Positions 17,222 to 24,384 of a stretch of 27,972 nucleotides of DNA are shown piece by piece. Numbering within the stretch: the stretch's first letter is position 1; each line of letters starts with the position of its first letter. Position numbers and translations under genes: made by a program. The stretch is from a virus (lineage: Duplodnaviria > Caudoviricetes), in IMG/VR virus record IMGVR_UViG_3300012665_000628, positions 1 through 27,972 of that record; one strand, written 5' to 3'. Below the pieces are notes generated by a model that was not told where the DNA came from, ran no database searches, and saw only the letters and a list, made by a program, of their open reading frames with translations.

Positions 17222-17986
17222 TTATTGATTAATAAAAACAGCCCATCCACCATCTGATAATGTATTAGCAGCTGCCATTCCAGCCCCTGTGGGTGTTGCA
17301 TTAGTTCCACCACTTAAATCTATAGAAAAAACATTAGGAGATGCTGCAGTTGGAACTATTGCTGCAAGCTTTATAAGTATTGCATTAACAGTTGCTTCAT
17401 TTAAAATATTAGCAGAAAAAGCGTGACTCGTATTATTACTAACTGATGTTAATGAACTTAAATCTATTGATGATAAGATAGGACAAAAATTAATCTGAAA
17501 TCTTCCTACTGATGTTAATGAACTTAAATTTAATGATTCCAAATTTGCGTATTGTATATTAAGAGTTCCACCAACAGAAGTTAAAGAAGGAAACTGAACT
17601 GTAGTACCAGCTGTAGATAATCCAGTGTTGGAAAAATTGACCTGTAAACCTTCGCCAACTGTTGTTAAATTTGGAGCAGATACTAAATTAGAATCGACAT
17701 ACTCCATTAAAAAATTTTTAGTAACATTTGTTAGACTAGGAAATCTTAATTCTTGAGAGAATATTGTTTGACTAGTTACATAATTATATATTAAACTGTT
17801 GTTAATATACTGGATCTCATCTTGTATAGTTGGGAATCCAACACCGCCACCGCCACCTGCCGTATCAACTATGTCTTGCATAGTATATGGTTCACTAATT
17901 GCGTTTAGGTTAGCTGTTTTTCTCTCTGCTAGATTTGCTTTGTCAGAAAATCCGATAAATCTTGTGTCTAAAGGTACGTTTGCCAT
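17222..17986 (-). CDS. Leucine-rich (receptor L-domain-like) repeat protein, probably virion-associated
   Basis: Five repeats of (F/L/A)(P/S)xLTxV; exact 22-nt duplication at 17442-17463 and 17508-17529. Confidence 0.65.
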   Translation of the reverse strand: MANVPLDTRFIGFSDKANLAERKTANLNAISEPYTMQDIVDTAGGGGGVGFPTIQDEIQYINNSLIYNYVTSQTIFSQELRFPSLTNVTKNFLMEYVDSNLVSAPNLTTVGEGLQVNFSNTGLSTAGTTVQFPSLTSVGGTLNIQYANLESLNLSSLTSVGRFQINFCPILSSIDLSSLTSVSNNTSHAFSANILNEATVNAILIKLAAIVPTAASPNVFSIDLSGGTNATPTGAGMAAANTLSDGGWAVFINQ

Positions 17987-18129
17987 TATTTCTTTTCTTG
18001 TTTTTTTATTTTCTTTTCTTGCTTTAGCATTTGCTTAGTAGGCTTCTTGCCTGAGCCTTTATTCTCACGGATATTATCCCAAAGCCCACGACGAGATTTT
18101 GATCCATCTTTTCTTTTTAACAATTCCAT
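17986..18129 (-). CDS. Small basic phage protein (47 aa, GLWDNIR motif)
   Basis: Below the track cutoff; MELLKRKDGSKSRRGLWDNIRENKGSGKKPTKQMLKQEKKIKKQEKK; TAATG overlap downstream. Confidence 0.75.
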   Translation of the reverse strand: MELLKRKDGSKSRRGLWDNIRENKGSGKKPTKQMLKQEKKIKKQEKK

Positions 18130-18386
18130 TTCTTAAGTGCTAACGCTTTTCTTGTTGGTTCGCCATTTGGCTTTTTCATTGGTCCATCGACCCCTGACAT
18201 TCTTGCACAGAATGACTTGCGTCTAGCAGCATCTTTGCTGCCAGCCTTCAACTTGGACGGAGGTGTCGTAACTGCGGTTTGTAATTTACTGCCCGGATTC
18301 TCACGTCTATAAGACGCTACCCCCTTAGCATTCAATCCTCCTTTAGGATCCTTACCTTCCTTGCGACTCCACGCTGGTGTTTTCAT
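18117..18386 (-). CDS. Conserved basic phage protein (DUF6321-like)
   Basis: GKDPKGGLNAKG..ARRKSFCARM..ALKKWNC motif; family name from memory. Confidence 0.7.
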   Translation of the reverse strand: MKTPAWSRKEGKDPKGGLNAKGVASYRRENPGSKLQTAVTTPPSKLKAGSKDAARRKSFCARMSGVDGPMKKPNGEPTRKALALKKWNC

Positions 18387-18543
18387 CTTCTATTACAGTA
18401 GGTTTTCCAAATGGGAACAACTGGTTTAACTTCGCTTGACGCTGTTGGCATCCACATCCACCTTCTGGTGCGATTGCTTCTACTACAGCCTTAATGCCTG
18501 TAACCTCAGTTACCTTAGCAACTAAATCTCCTAATCCTTCCAT
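18352..18543 (-). CDS. Conserved small phage protein
   Basis: GLGDLVAKVT..TGIK..CGCQQRQAKLN motif. Confidence 0.75.
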   Translation of the reverse strand: MEGLGDLVAKVTEVTGIKAVVEAIAPEGGCGCQQRQAKLNQLFPFGKPTVIEDENTSVESQGR

Positions 18544-18565
18544 TGTATTAAATTTTATTAGTTTA

Positions 18566-18985
18566 CTATTTTTTCTTTTTAGGAGCTTCGTAAGTAGCAG
18601 TAATCTTTGAGTCCAAAGTTGGATCTGCGCGATATGCTTTCATTGTCTCTCTATTTTCACGATACAAAGGCTTACTAACACCTTTCTTGCCTGTTAATTC
18701 ACCTGTAGCTTCATAAACAGTCTTAATGTTTTTATTGCGCTTGCTAATGTCTTCCATTACGTCTCCTTCACCCCAACCTGGCTTTCTTGAACGAAGTACG
18801 TTCGTGTCCATAGCTGGTCTAGCTGGAGCATATTTCTCCTCAACTATACCGGTCCACTCATTTGCATGAGCAGCCATCTTACTGTTTACCATGTCAATTG
18901 CAGAGTTCTTGAATCCGATTTTATCGTATCCTGCTCCAATTTTTTTCATCTCAGCTTCTGAGTACTTTGGTTTTTGCTTTGCCAT
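18566..18985 (-). CDS. Hypothetical basic protein
   Basis: ORF; start placed at MAKQKPK after an A-rich leader. Confidence 0.6.
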   Translation of the reverse strand: MAKQKPKYSEAEMKKIGAGYDKIGFKNSAIDMVNSKMAAHANEWTGIVEEKYAPARPAMDTNVLRSRKPGWGEGDVMEDISKRNKNIKTVYEATGELTGKKGVSKPLYRENRETMKAYRADPTLDSKITATYEAPKKKK

Positions 18986-18996
18986 TGTTTTGTTTA

Positions 18997-19227
18997 TTAG
19001 CACATTTTTTTAACTGCCTTAGCTACCTTAGCTACTTTAACTGCTTTCTTAGCAGTTGCCATTTTTGATATACCCATAGTCGTCTTAGGCATGGGTTTAG
19101 TCATTGGTGTTTTTTCTTGCTTTGCCATATTATTTATTTTACCTACGTTACCTTTTAAAAAGCTCATTGCGCCGTCCAATGATTTAGCGGACTCATACTT
19201 TGTAGCCTTCTTGATAACGTCTTTCAT
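18997..19227 (-). CDS. Lys/Ala-rich histone-like small protein
   Basis: C-terminal AKKAVKVAKVAKAVKK; an internal start at 19128 (MAKQEK) is also plausible. Confidence 0.6.
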   Translation of the reverse strand: MKDVIKKATKYESAKSLDGAMSFLKGNVGKINNMAKQEKTPMTKPMPKTTMGISKMATAKKAVKVAKVAKAVKKMC

Positions 19228-19229
19228 TA

Positions 19230-19628
19230 TTATTTTCCAAACAGTGATGATAGACCATTAGCAATCTTACTCATCATACCTTCTGAAGAAGGAAGTGGCA
19301 TATCACGTCCTTTTGCATTAGCATTGTTCATTGCTTGGTCAGCACGAGATTTTAAACCAACAGATTTTGCTGAATCAGCAGATGCGATTTTGCTATATTT
19401 TTCTGAAATTTTCATTCGATCATTTCCACTTAAATAATTGCCAAATGGCGAATCACTCCAATGTCCAATGCGAACCTTTTTATCTCCAACTTTATTCTTT
19501 ATTGCTGCTTGACCTAAATTTTTTTGTTCAGCAGAAGCTAATTTATGTAACTTGGAATTTTCCATTAAAGAATCAGCTACTTCATAAGCACGTTTGGCAG
19601 ATATCTGCCCTGGTTTCATCTTTGCCAT
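19230..19628 (-). CDS. Hypothetical basic protein with GRDMPLPSS motif
   Basis: ORF with TAATG coupling. Confidence 0.7.
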   Translation of the reverse strand: MAKMKPGQISAKRAYEVADSLMENSKLHKLASAEQKNLGQAAIKNKVGDKKVRIGHWSDSPFGNYLSGNDRMKISEKYSKIASADSAKSVGLKSRADQAMNNANAKGRDMPLPSSEGMMSKIANGLSSLFGK

Positions 19629-19921
19629 TATTTCTTTTTGTTAAACAACTGAGATGATGGAGGCAAAGGTACATCACGACCTGCAGCCGCACTGTTGATA
19701 ATACCTTGGTATCTTTCTGCGATTGGTGCATAGTATGCGTTCTCTTTGCGGATGCGAGTAATACGCTCTGCAGCAGCTTTATCTTGATCTGGAGCTAGTC
19801 CTAAGTTGCGGTTTTTTTGAAGCATTGTACGCTCGTCTTCACGCTCCGCAGATGCCTTTCTCATGCCACCTACAACTTTCTTCAAATCACCAACCTTGAT
19901 CATTGATTTTTTCTTATCCAT
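19628..19921 (-). CDS. Hypothetical basic protein with GRDVPLPPSS motif
   Basis: First ORF after the promoter box at 19941-19948. Confidence 0.7.
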   Translation of the reverse strand: MDKKKSMIKVGDLKKVVGGMRKASAEREDERTMLQKNRNLGLAPDQDKAAAERITRIRKENAYYAPIAERYQGIINSAAAGRDVPLPPSSQLFNKKK

Positions 19922-19940
19922 AATTCTTATTATTATTTGG

Positions 19941-19958
19941 CAAAGATAAGTAATTTTG
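19941..19958. promoter_or_regulatory. Back-to-back divergent -7 boxes
   Basis: TATCTTTG on minus (19941-19948) and TAATTTTG on plus (19951-19958), each 19 nt before its ATG. Confidence 0.65.
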
Positions 19959-19977
19959 TAATATTAAATTCAATCAA

Positions 19978-20484
19978 ATGATCAAAACATATATGAAGCC
20001 CAGGAATATTAAGCCTAGGGTCTTAAAGGTGCGTGAGTATAAGGTCAAGCCACTTGTTGTTAGTCGTGAAGCAGTCGACCGGGACTTTCTTAAGAACATT
20101 AAAGTAGTGCGTGCCTGGGCTCGCCATAAGCATAATATCTCCCTAGATGACTTTGAGATGATGTGCTATCTCTACTCTGAGCACTTATTTGATGGCAACC
20201 AGTTTGATCACTATGCCCAAATCTTTGGGTTCACCCAAAATAGACGCAGGGATATGATGGAGAAGGGACTAATTGTACACTTTAGAAAGCCAGAGCCTGG
20301 CAAGCGTGCCATCTATGAGCTATCCCACCAAGCCAAATCCATCATGCGTCAGGTCTATGACATGCTGCAAGGTGTTAAGCCCATCCCTAAACTATCTGAC
20401 ATTAAGCCTAAAAATAATAAACCCCATCACTTTGCTGTAAGGCAATATGACAGGGTCATTAAAAAGCTTAATCAAAAACTATAG
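19978..20484 (+). CDS. Probable winged-helix DNA-binding protein
   Basis: ISLDDFEMMCYLY..MMEKGLIVHFR..AIYELSHQAKSIM resembles a MarR-type wHTH; the only convincing plus-strand gene in the late arm. Confidence 0.6.
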   Translation: MIKTYMKPRNIKPRVLKVREYKVKPLVVSREAVDRDFLKNIKVVRAWARHKHNISLDDFEMMCYLYSEHLFDGNQFDHYAQIFGFTQNRRRDMMEKGLIVHFRKPEPGKRAIYELSHQAKSIMRQVYDMLQGVKPIPKLSDIKPKNNKPHHFAVRQYDRVIKKLNQKL

Positions 20485-20736
20485 CACCACCACGACATCT
20501 TTCTCAGAGATGACCGTATATAGGTCCTCATTGATGCGGATGCTGTGACCAGATGCTCTGTCGAAGTAAATGAATGAGCCTGGCTTAATGCCATCTACTA
20601 GCGATCCTTGTGATACCACGGTAGCTTTCTTGTAGCGTAGCTCATTTGTGTCCATTGCGGTCATTATCAGTCCACCCTTGGACTTTGTCTCCTCCTCCAT
20701 TGGGACGATTAGAATATTCTTTCCGATTACTTTCAT
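20479..20736 (-). CDS. groES: Co-chaperonin GroES
   Basis: IGKNILIVP..KSKGGLIM mobile loop..ATVVSQG..IKPG..VISEKDVV; next to groEL. Confidence 0.92.
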   Translation of the reverse strand: MKVIGKNILIVPMEEETKSKGGLIMTAMDTNELRYKKATVVSQGSLVDGIKPGSFIYFDRASGHSIRINEDLYTVISEKDVVVVL

Positions 20737-20868
20737 AACATTAATTATATTTTAGATTTCTTTACAAATTTGTAAATTTTAGTTTATATTAGTAATGCAC
20801 ACTTTTCAACCTGTTACATTTTGGAACGGTTTGGATTTTTAGCATTTACCTCGCCATATTGGTTTGGA

Positions 20869-22425
20869 TTATGCACGAATGTTAGTTATGACCGTCTCTG
20901 TGGATAGTAATGTGGTAGCCACTGACACAGCGTTCTTAAGAGCTTCTTTAGTCACCTTGGTCGGGTCGATAATGCCAACGCTCATCATGTGGCAATATGC
21001 ACCTGTTGCCACGTTCACACCAATGCCATCTTTTGACAACTGCTTGCCCTCATCAAAGTCAGCCCCCTCCACATCTATGCCTGCGTTAGCAAGTATTTTG
21101 ATCATAGGTGATAGCATAGCCATCTGTAATATCTCGGTGCCTTTATCGGCTACCACTAAATTAGCTGCGATGTCTTTTAGTGCCACGCCACCACCTGGTA
21201 GGATGCCTTCTTCTAGTGCTGCACGCACCGCACACACCGCATCGTCCACTCTGTCCTTCTTCTCCTTCTGCTCAATGTCTGAGTTGGCCCCAACCTTGAT
21301 GACACCCACACCACCACCTAGGTTAGCGATGCGCTCTTTTAAGAATTCTTTCTCAATTGACGACTCTTCTGCGCTCAACTGCTCTTGCAGCTCCGCTACC
21401 CTCTCTTCTCCCTCGCCAACTGCGTCAAATATGAGCGTATTGAACCGCCCACTGACCACTTTGTCCGCACGTCCCAGGTCATCGACCGTGACCATCATCA
21501 AATTGTCCCCTGTTTGCTCGCTAAAATACTTAGCACCGGTCGCAATTGCTATGTCCTGCATGATCTGATGGCGTTTGTAGCCAAATGACGGAGGAATGAC
21601 AGTGCAAATCTTTAAATTGTTCTTGACTTTGTTGACATTTAGCGTATTTAGCGCATTCTCCTCCACTTCTCCGATGATTAGTAGCGATCTTTTACCCTGA
21701 AGTATAAACTCAATGATAGGGAGGATGTCATTTAGATTTGTAACGGCTTGGTCTGTGACCAAAATGTATGGTTTATCTAGTATAGCCTCTTGCTTTCTGG
21801 TATCTGTCACAAAGTACTTACTTGTGAAGCCCCTGTCTATCTTCATCCCACTCACCACCTCAGCATATGTCTGAGCTGTTGCCGAGTTCTCGACTGTCAC
21901 CACCCCACTTAGACCAACTTGGTTGTACGCATCAGCAATAATCTGACCAATCTCTGCGTCACCATTAGCCGAGATAGTCGCCACGTCCACCAACTTCTCT
22001 GATGTAATCTCAGTTGACATAGTCGTCAACTCTTCTGCCACCTTAAGTGCTGCAGTCTGCACATCACGAAGTATCTGTGTGGTATTGTCTTCTGGTGTAA
22101 GCACACCCATGGCCGCATGTATGATGGCTTGAGCCAACACCATCGATGTAGTAGTCCCATCACCTGCCGAGTTAGCCGTCTTCTCAGAGGCTTCCCTCAT
22201 GATCATCACCGCTAGGTTCTCTGCCGGGTCCATTAAGTTAATTGACTTAGCAACAGTCACACCGTCCTTGGTAACGGTAATACCACCAACGTGGTTCTCC
22301 GACTCAATTAGAACTGTCCGACCTCTAGCACCTAGAGTAGACCCAACTGCATTGGCTATGGTGTTCACACCATTTATTAATTTCTGTCTGCCTTCACTTC
22401 CGAAGACGATATCCTTGACAATCAT
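20869..22425 (-). CDS. groEL: Chaperonin GroEL (phage type, no GGM tail)
   Basis: VTKDGVTVAKSI, AGDGTTT, VATISANGD, LKERIANLGGGVGVIKVGA, EEGILPGGGVAL, GIIDPTKVT. Confidence 0.98.
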   Translation of the reverse strand: MIVKDIVFGSEGRQKLINGVNTIANAVGSTLGARGRTVLIESENHVGGITVTKDGVTVAKSINLMDPAENLAVMIMREASEKTANSAGDGTTTSMVLAQAIIHAAMGVLTPEDNTTQILRDVQTAALKVAEELTTMSTEITSEKLVDVATISANGDAEIGQIIADAYNQVGLSGVVTVENSATAQTYAEVVSGMKIDRGFTSKYFVTDTRKQEAILDKPYILVTDQAVTNLNDILPIIEFILQGKRSLLIIGEVEENALNTLNVNKVKNNLKICTVIPPSFGYKRHQIMQDIAIATGAKYFSEQTGDNLMMVTVDDLGRADKVVSGRFNTLIFDAVGEGEERVAELQEQLSAEESSIEKEFLKERIANLGGGVGVIKVGANSDIEQKEKKDRVDDAVCAVRAALEEGILPGGGVALKDIAANLVVADKGTEILQMAMLSPMIKILANAGIDVEGADFDEGKQLSKDGIGVNVATGAYCHMMSVGIIDPTKVTKEALKNAVSVATTLLSTETVITNIRA

Positions 22426-22445
22426 AAGTTAAATTTTATTTGTTA

Positions 22446-22476
22446 CAAATTTATATACAATTATAACACAAAACAA
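22446..22476 (-). promoter_or_regulatory. Promoter candidate for groEL
   Basis: TTG (22474-22476)-N20-TAAATTTG (22446-22453), 20 nt before the ATG. Confidence 0.6.
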
Positions 22477-22498
22477 TAATCATGCCAGAAATATATTT

Positions 22499-22739
22499 GT
22501 GTACAAGTGTACAACTTTAGTGCCACTTACGTACTAAATATATTTTTATTTTAGAGAAAAAAAATTTTTTCTAATTTTCCTTTATATTTTGTTCATTTTA
22601 TACATAATAGAATAATAAAATATATAAATAACTATATATCAATAAGTTATAAATGTAAACTTTGAAAAAAAGTGTACACAATTTCGTGTACAAATGTACA
22701 ACTTTACAAATAGTACAATTGGTCTTGGAAAAGTACAAT
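22499..22739. repeat. 21-nt direct repeat pair plus scattered GTACA units around an AT-rich core
   Basis: GTGTACAAGTGTACAACTTTA (22499-22519) and GTGTACAAATGTACAACTTTA (22686-22706); further GTACA at 22674, 22713, 22733. Confidence 0.85.
22637..22649 (+). promoter_or_regulatory. IHF-consensus site
   Basis: TATCAATAAGTTA matches WATCAANNNNTTR, with an AT-rich tract upstream. Confidence 0.5.
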
Positions 22740-22880
22740 AGTATAATTAGAAAAATAGGGGTGAAGGGTAACACCACCATTCTGACTGCCGGGGCCCGGA
22801 AAGAAAACGGATCTTTTCGAGGCCGGGGGGGTCTGATTTTGAACTTTTTGCCGTAGATTTTTGGCTTTTTCCTGCGGGCA

Positions 22881-22916
22881 CTGTGCTGTGCTGTGCTATG
22901 CTACCTCGCTCGCTCG
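22881..22916. repeat. Short tandem repeats (CTGTG)3 CTATG and (CTCG)3
   Basis: Read directly: 22881-22900 and 22905-22916. Confidence 0.8.
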
Positions 22917-22942
22917 GTTGACTCTGCCACTACCCCCGAAGC

Positions 22943-23060
22943 ATTTAGATATTTATCTAACTATCTAACCCGCCAAGATGTGGCGATATTTTTAGGCTAC
23001 CACAAACACAAAGTATTTAGATATTCATCTAACTATTTTTGCCTCGATATTTTTTAGGCT
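22943..23060. repeat. Duplicated composite unit with palindromic core
   Basis: ATTTAGATATT(T/C)ATCTAACTAT at 22943-22964 and 23015-23036, each followed by CGATA(T5/T6)AGGCT at 22984-22998 and 23045-23060. Confidence 0.85.
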
Positions 23061-23330
23061 CGTCTAAAAATTTATTTAGGGCAATTGAAAAATAAATTTA
23101 GGCGATTGAGTCGGACGCGTTACCCCTCCCAAAAATTCTTCAATTCTCAAAACTTTTAAAATTATCTACCTATTTTTTCCCTTAAACTATTACCAAATAA
23201 AAAATTATTTTTGGGGTGATATTTTCTTTAAATGTGCCTCTATTGCTCTCAATCGCCATTTTTTTAAAAATCACCTTCACAGATCCTTTATTTTATCTAC
23301 AAATATTCTACAGATATTCCACAAAAATAT

Positions 23331-23361
23331 TTTGTTTTATTAATTATCTTTTTTAGTATTG
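23331..23361 (+). promoter_or_regulatory. Early promoter candidate (Bacteroidota -33/-7)
   Basis: TTTG (23331-23334)-N19-TAGTATTG (23354-23361; one mismatch to TAnnTTTG), before the first plus-strand gene. Confidence 0.6.
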
Positions 23362-23396
23362 CGAAACGATTTTAATCACCTTAACAAAATAAATAG

Positions 23397-23612
23397 ATGG
23401 CAAAATTAACACCTACCCAAAAACGTAATTTATTATCTGAATTATTCTACTTGTACGATTGTCTAGGATATGAAAACAGAAGCCTAATAGGCTACCCTTT
23501 GAATCATTTCAATTATGAAGTAATTGAGAAATTAATCGTAGAGTTAATAGAGGAATGGAAAGTCTCTAATAATGATTATGAATATTACCACAGATACATG
23601 AATCAAATTTAA
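23397..23612 (+). CDS. Hypothetical early protein
   Basis: ATG with A-rich leader; first gene of the plus-strand arm. Confidence 0.65.
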   Translation: MAKLTPTQKRNLLSELFYLYDCLGYENRSLIGYPLNHFNYEVIEKLIVELIEEWKVSNNDYEYYHRYMNQI

Positions 23613-23634
23613 TCCCTTATAAAATCCTTATATC

Positions 23635-24303
23635 ATGAAAAATTTTAATTTCAAATCCGGAAACGTAGTAGTAAATTTTCAGTTTAGCACATCGAATGCC
23701 AAAACCGGTGCTCTTATTCAAAATTATATCATTCCTGCAGAATGGCTAGAATCAGAGGCCAAAATCTCTACCTTGTCAGATAAGGCCGTTTGCTTTGATT
23801 GTCCCCATTCAAAGGACATAAATAAGTCATGCTATGTCCGCAAAGGTCAAAGCGAAATGGGTCTATCTTCAAAGGTTAGAAGCCTCCGCAAATTAGGGCT
23901 TGACAATATACCGGAATTATCCCCGGAATTGGAGGCTGATTTGTTGCAAGCAATCGAGGACAAGGGCATACGTTTTGGCTCATATGGCGAGCCAATTTTA
24001 CTAGGTGAGGCTTTGGTCTCAAAGATGGCAAAACGTGCCAAATTTTGGACGGGATACACCCACCAATGGCACAAAAATAATTGGGCAAAAGATTATTTTA
24101 TGGCCTCGGTTGAATCTGAAACAATCTCAAACCTTGCCCAAAAATCCGGCTTCCGTACCTTCTTTGTGGGTGAGACTACAGATAAAAATTACGTGACTTG
24201 CCCGGCATCAAAGGAGGCCGGCCAATTGACCACCTGCGACAATTGTAAACTTTGCATGGGCACTCAATCGAAGGCCAAATCTGTGACAATTAAGCCTCAT
24301 TAA
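23635..24303 (+). CDS. Conserved Cys-rich phage protein (gp88-like, possible Fe-S)
   Basis: NAKTG, CFDCPH..CYV, RFGSYGEP, TGYTHQW, MASVE, CPAS..TCDNCKLC, terminal H. Confidence 0.7.
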   Translation: MKNFNFKSGNVVVNFQFSTSNAKTGALIQNYIIPAEWLESEAKISTLSDKAVCFDCPHSKDINKSCYVRKGQSEMGLSSKVRSLRKLGLDNIPELSPELEADLLQAIEDKGIRFGSYGEPILLGEALVSKMAKRAKFWTGYTHQWHKNNWAKDYFMASVESETISNLAQKSGFRTFFVGETTDKNYVTCPASKEAGQLTTCDNCKLCMGTQSKAKSVTIKPH

Positions 24304-24310
24304 TTGTCCC

Positions 24311-24355
24311 GCCTAGAATGGTTTTACTAGGGCTCGATTCCCTAGCTAGGCACTA
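24311..24355 (+). other. tRNA-like minihelix element lacking the anticodon arm
   Basis: GCCTAG/CTAGGC outer stem, CTAGGG/CCCTAG inner stem closing the 7-nt loop CTCGATT, linker AATGGTTTTA, 3' ACTA. Confidence 0.65.
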
Positions 24356-24384
24356 ACTTTTATTCACCTTAAAAACAATTTATT

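Noticed and set aside
2564-19657. Many short plus-strand and alternate-frame ORFs in the late arm
   Set aside because: All overlap well-supported minus-strand genes and lack motifs.
20864-21568. 234-aa plus-strand ORF
   Set aside because: In-register antisense shadow of groEL; no independent features.
22598-22856. Two short ORFs in the non-coding region
   Set aside because: Low-complexity translations of AT-rich repeats with no credible start context.
22499-23060. Possible CRISPR array
   Set aside because: Each repeat occurs only twice with irregular spacing; no cas genes.
24311-24355. Canonical tRNA or rho-independent terminator
   Set aside because: Only 45 nt with no anticodon arm; no U-tract abutting the stem. 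Kept as a tRNA-like element.
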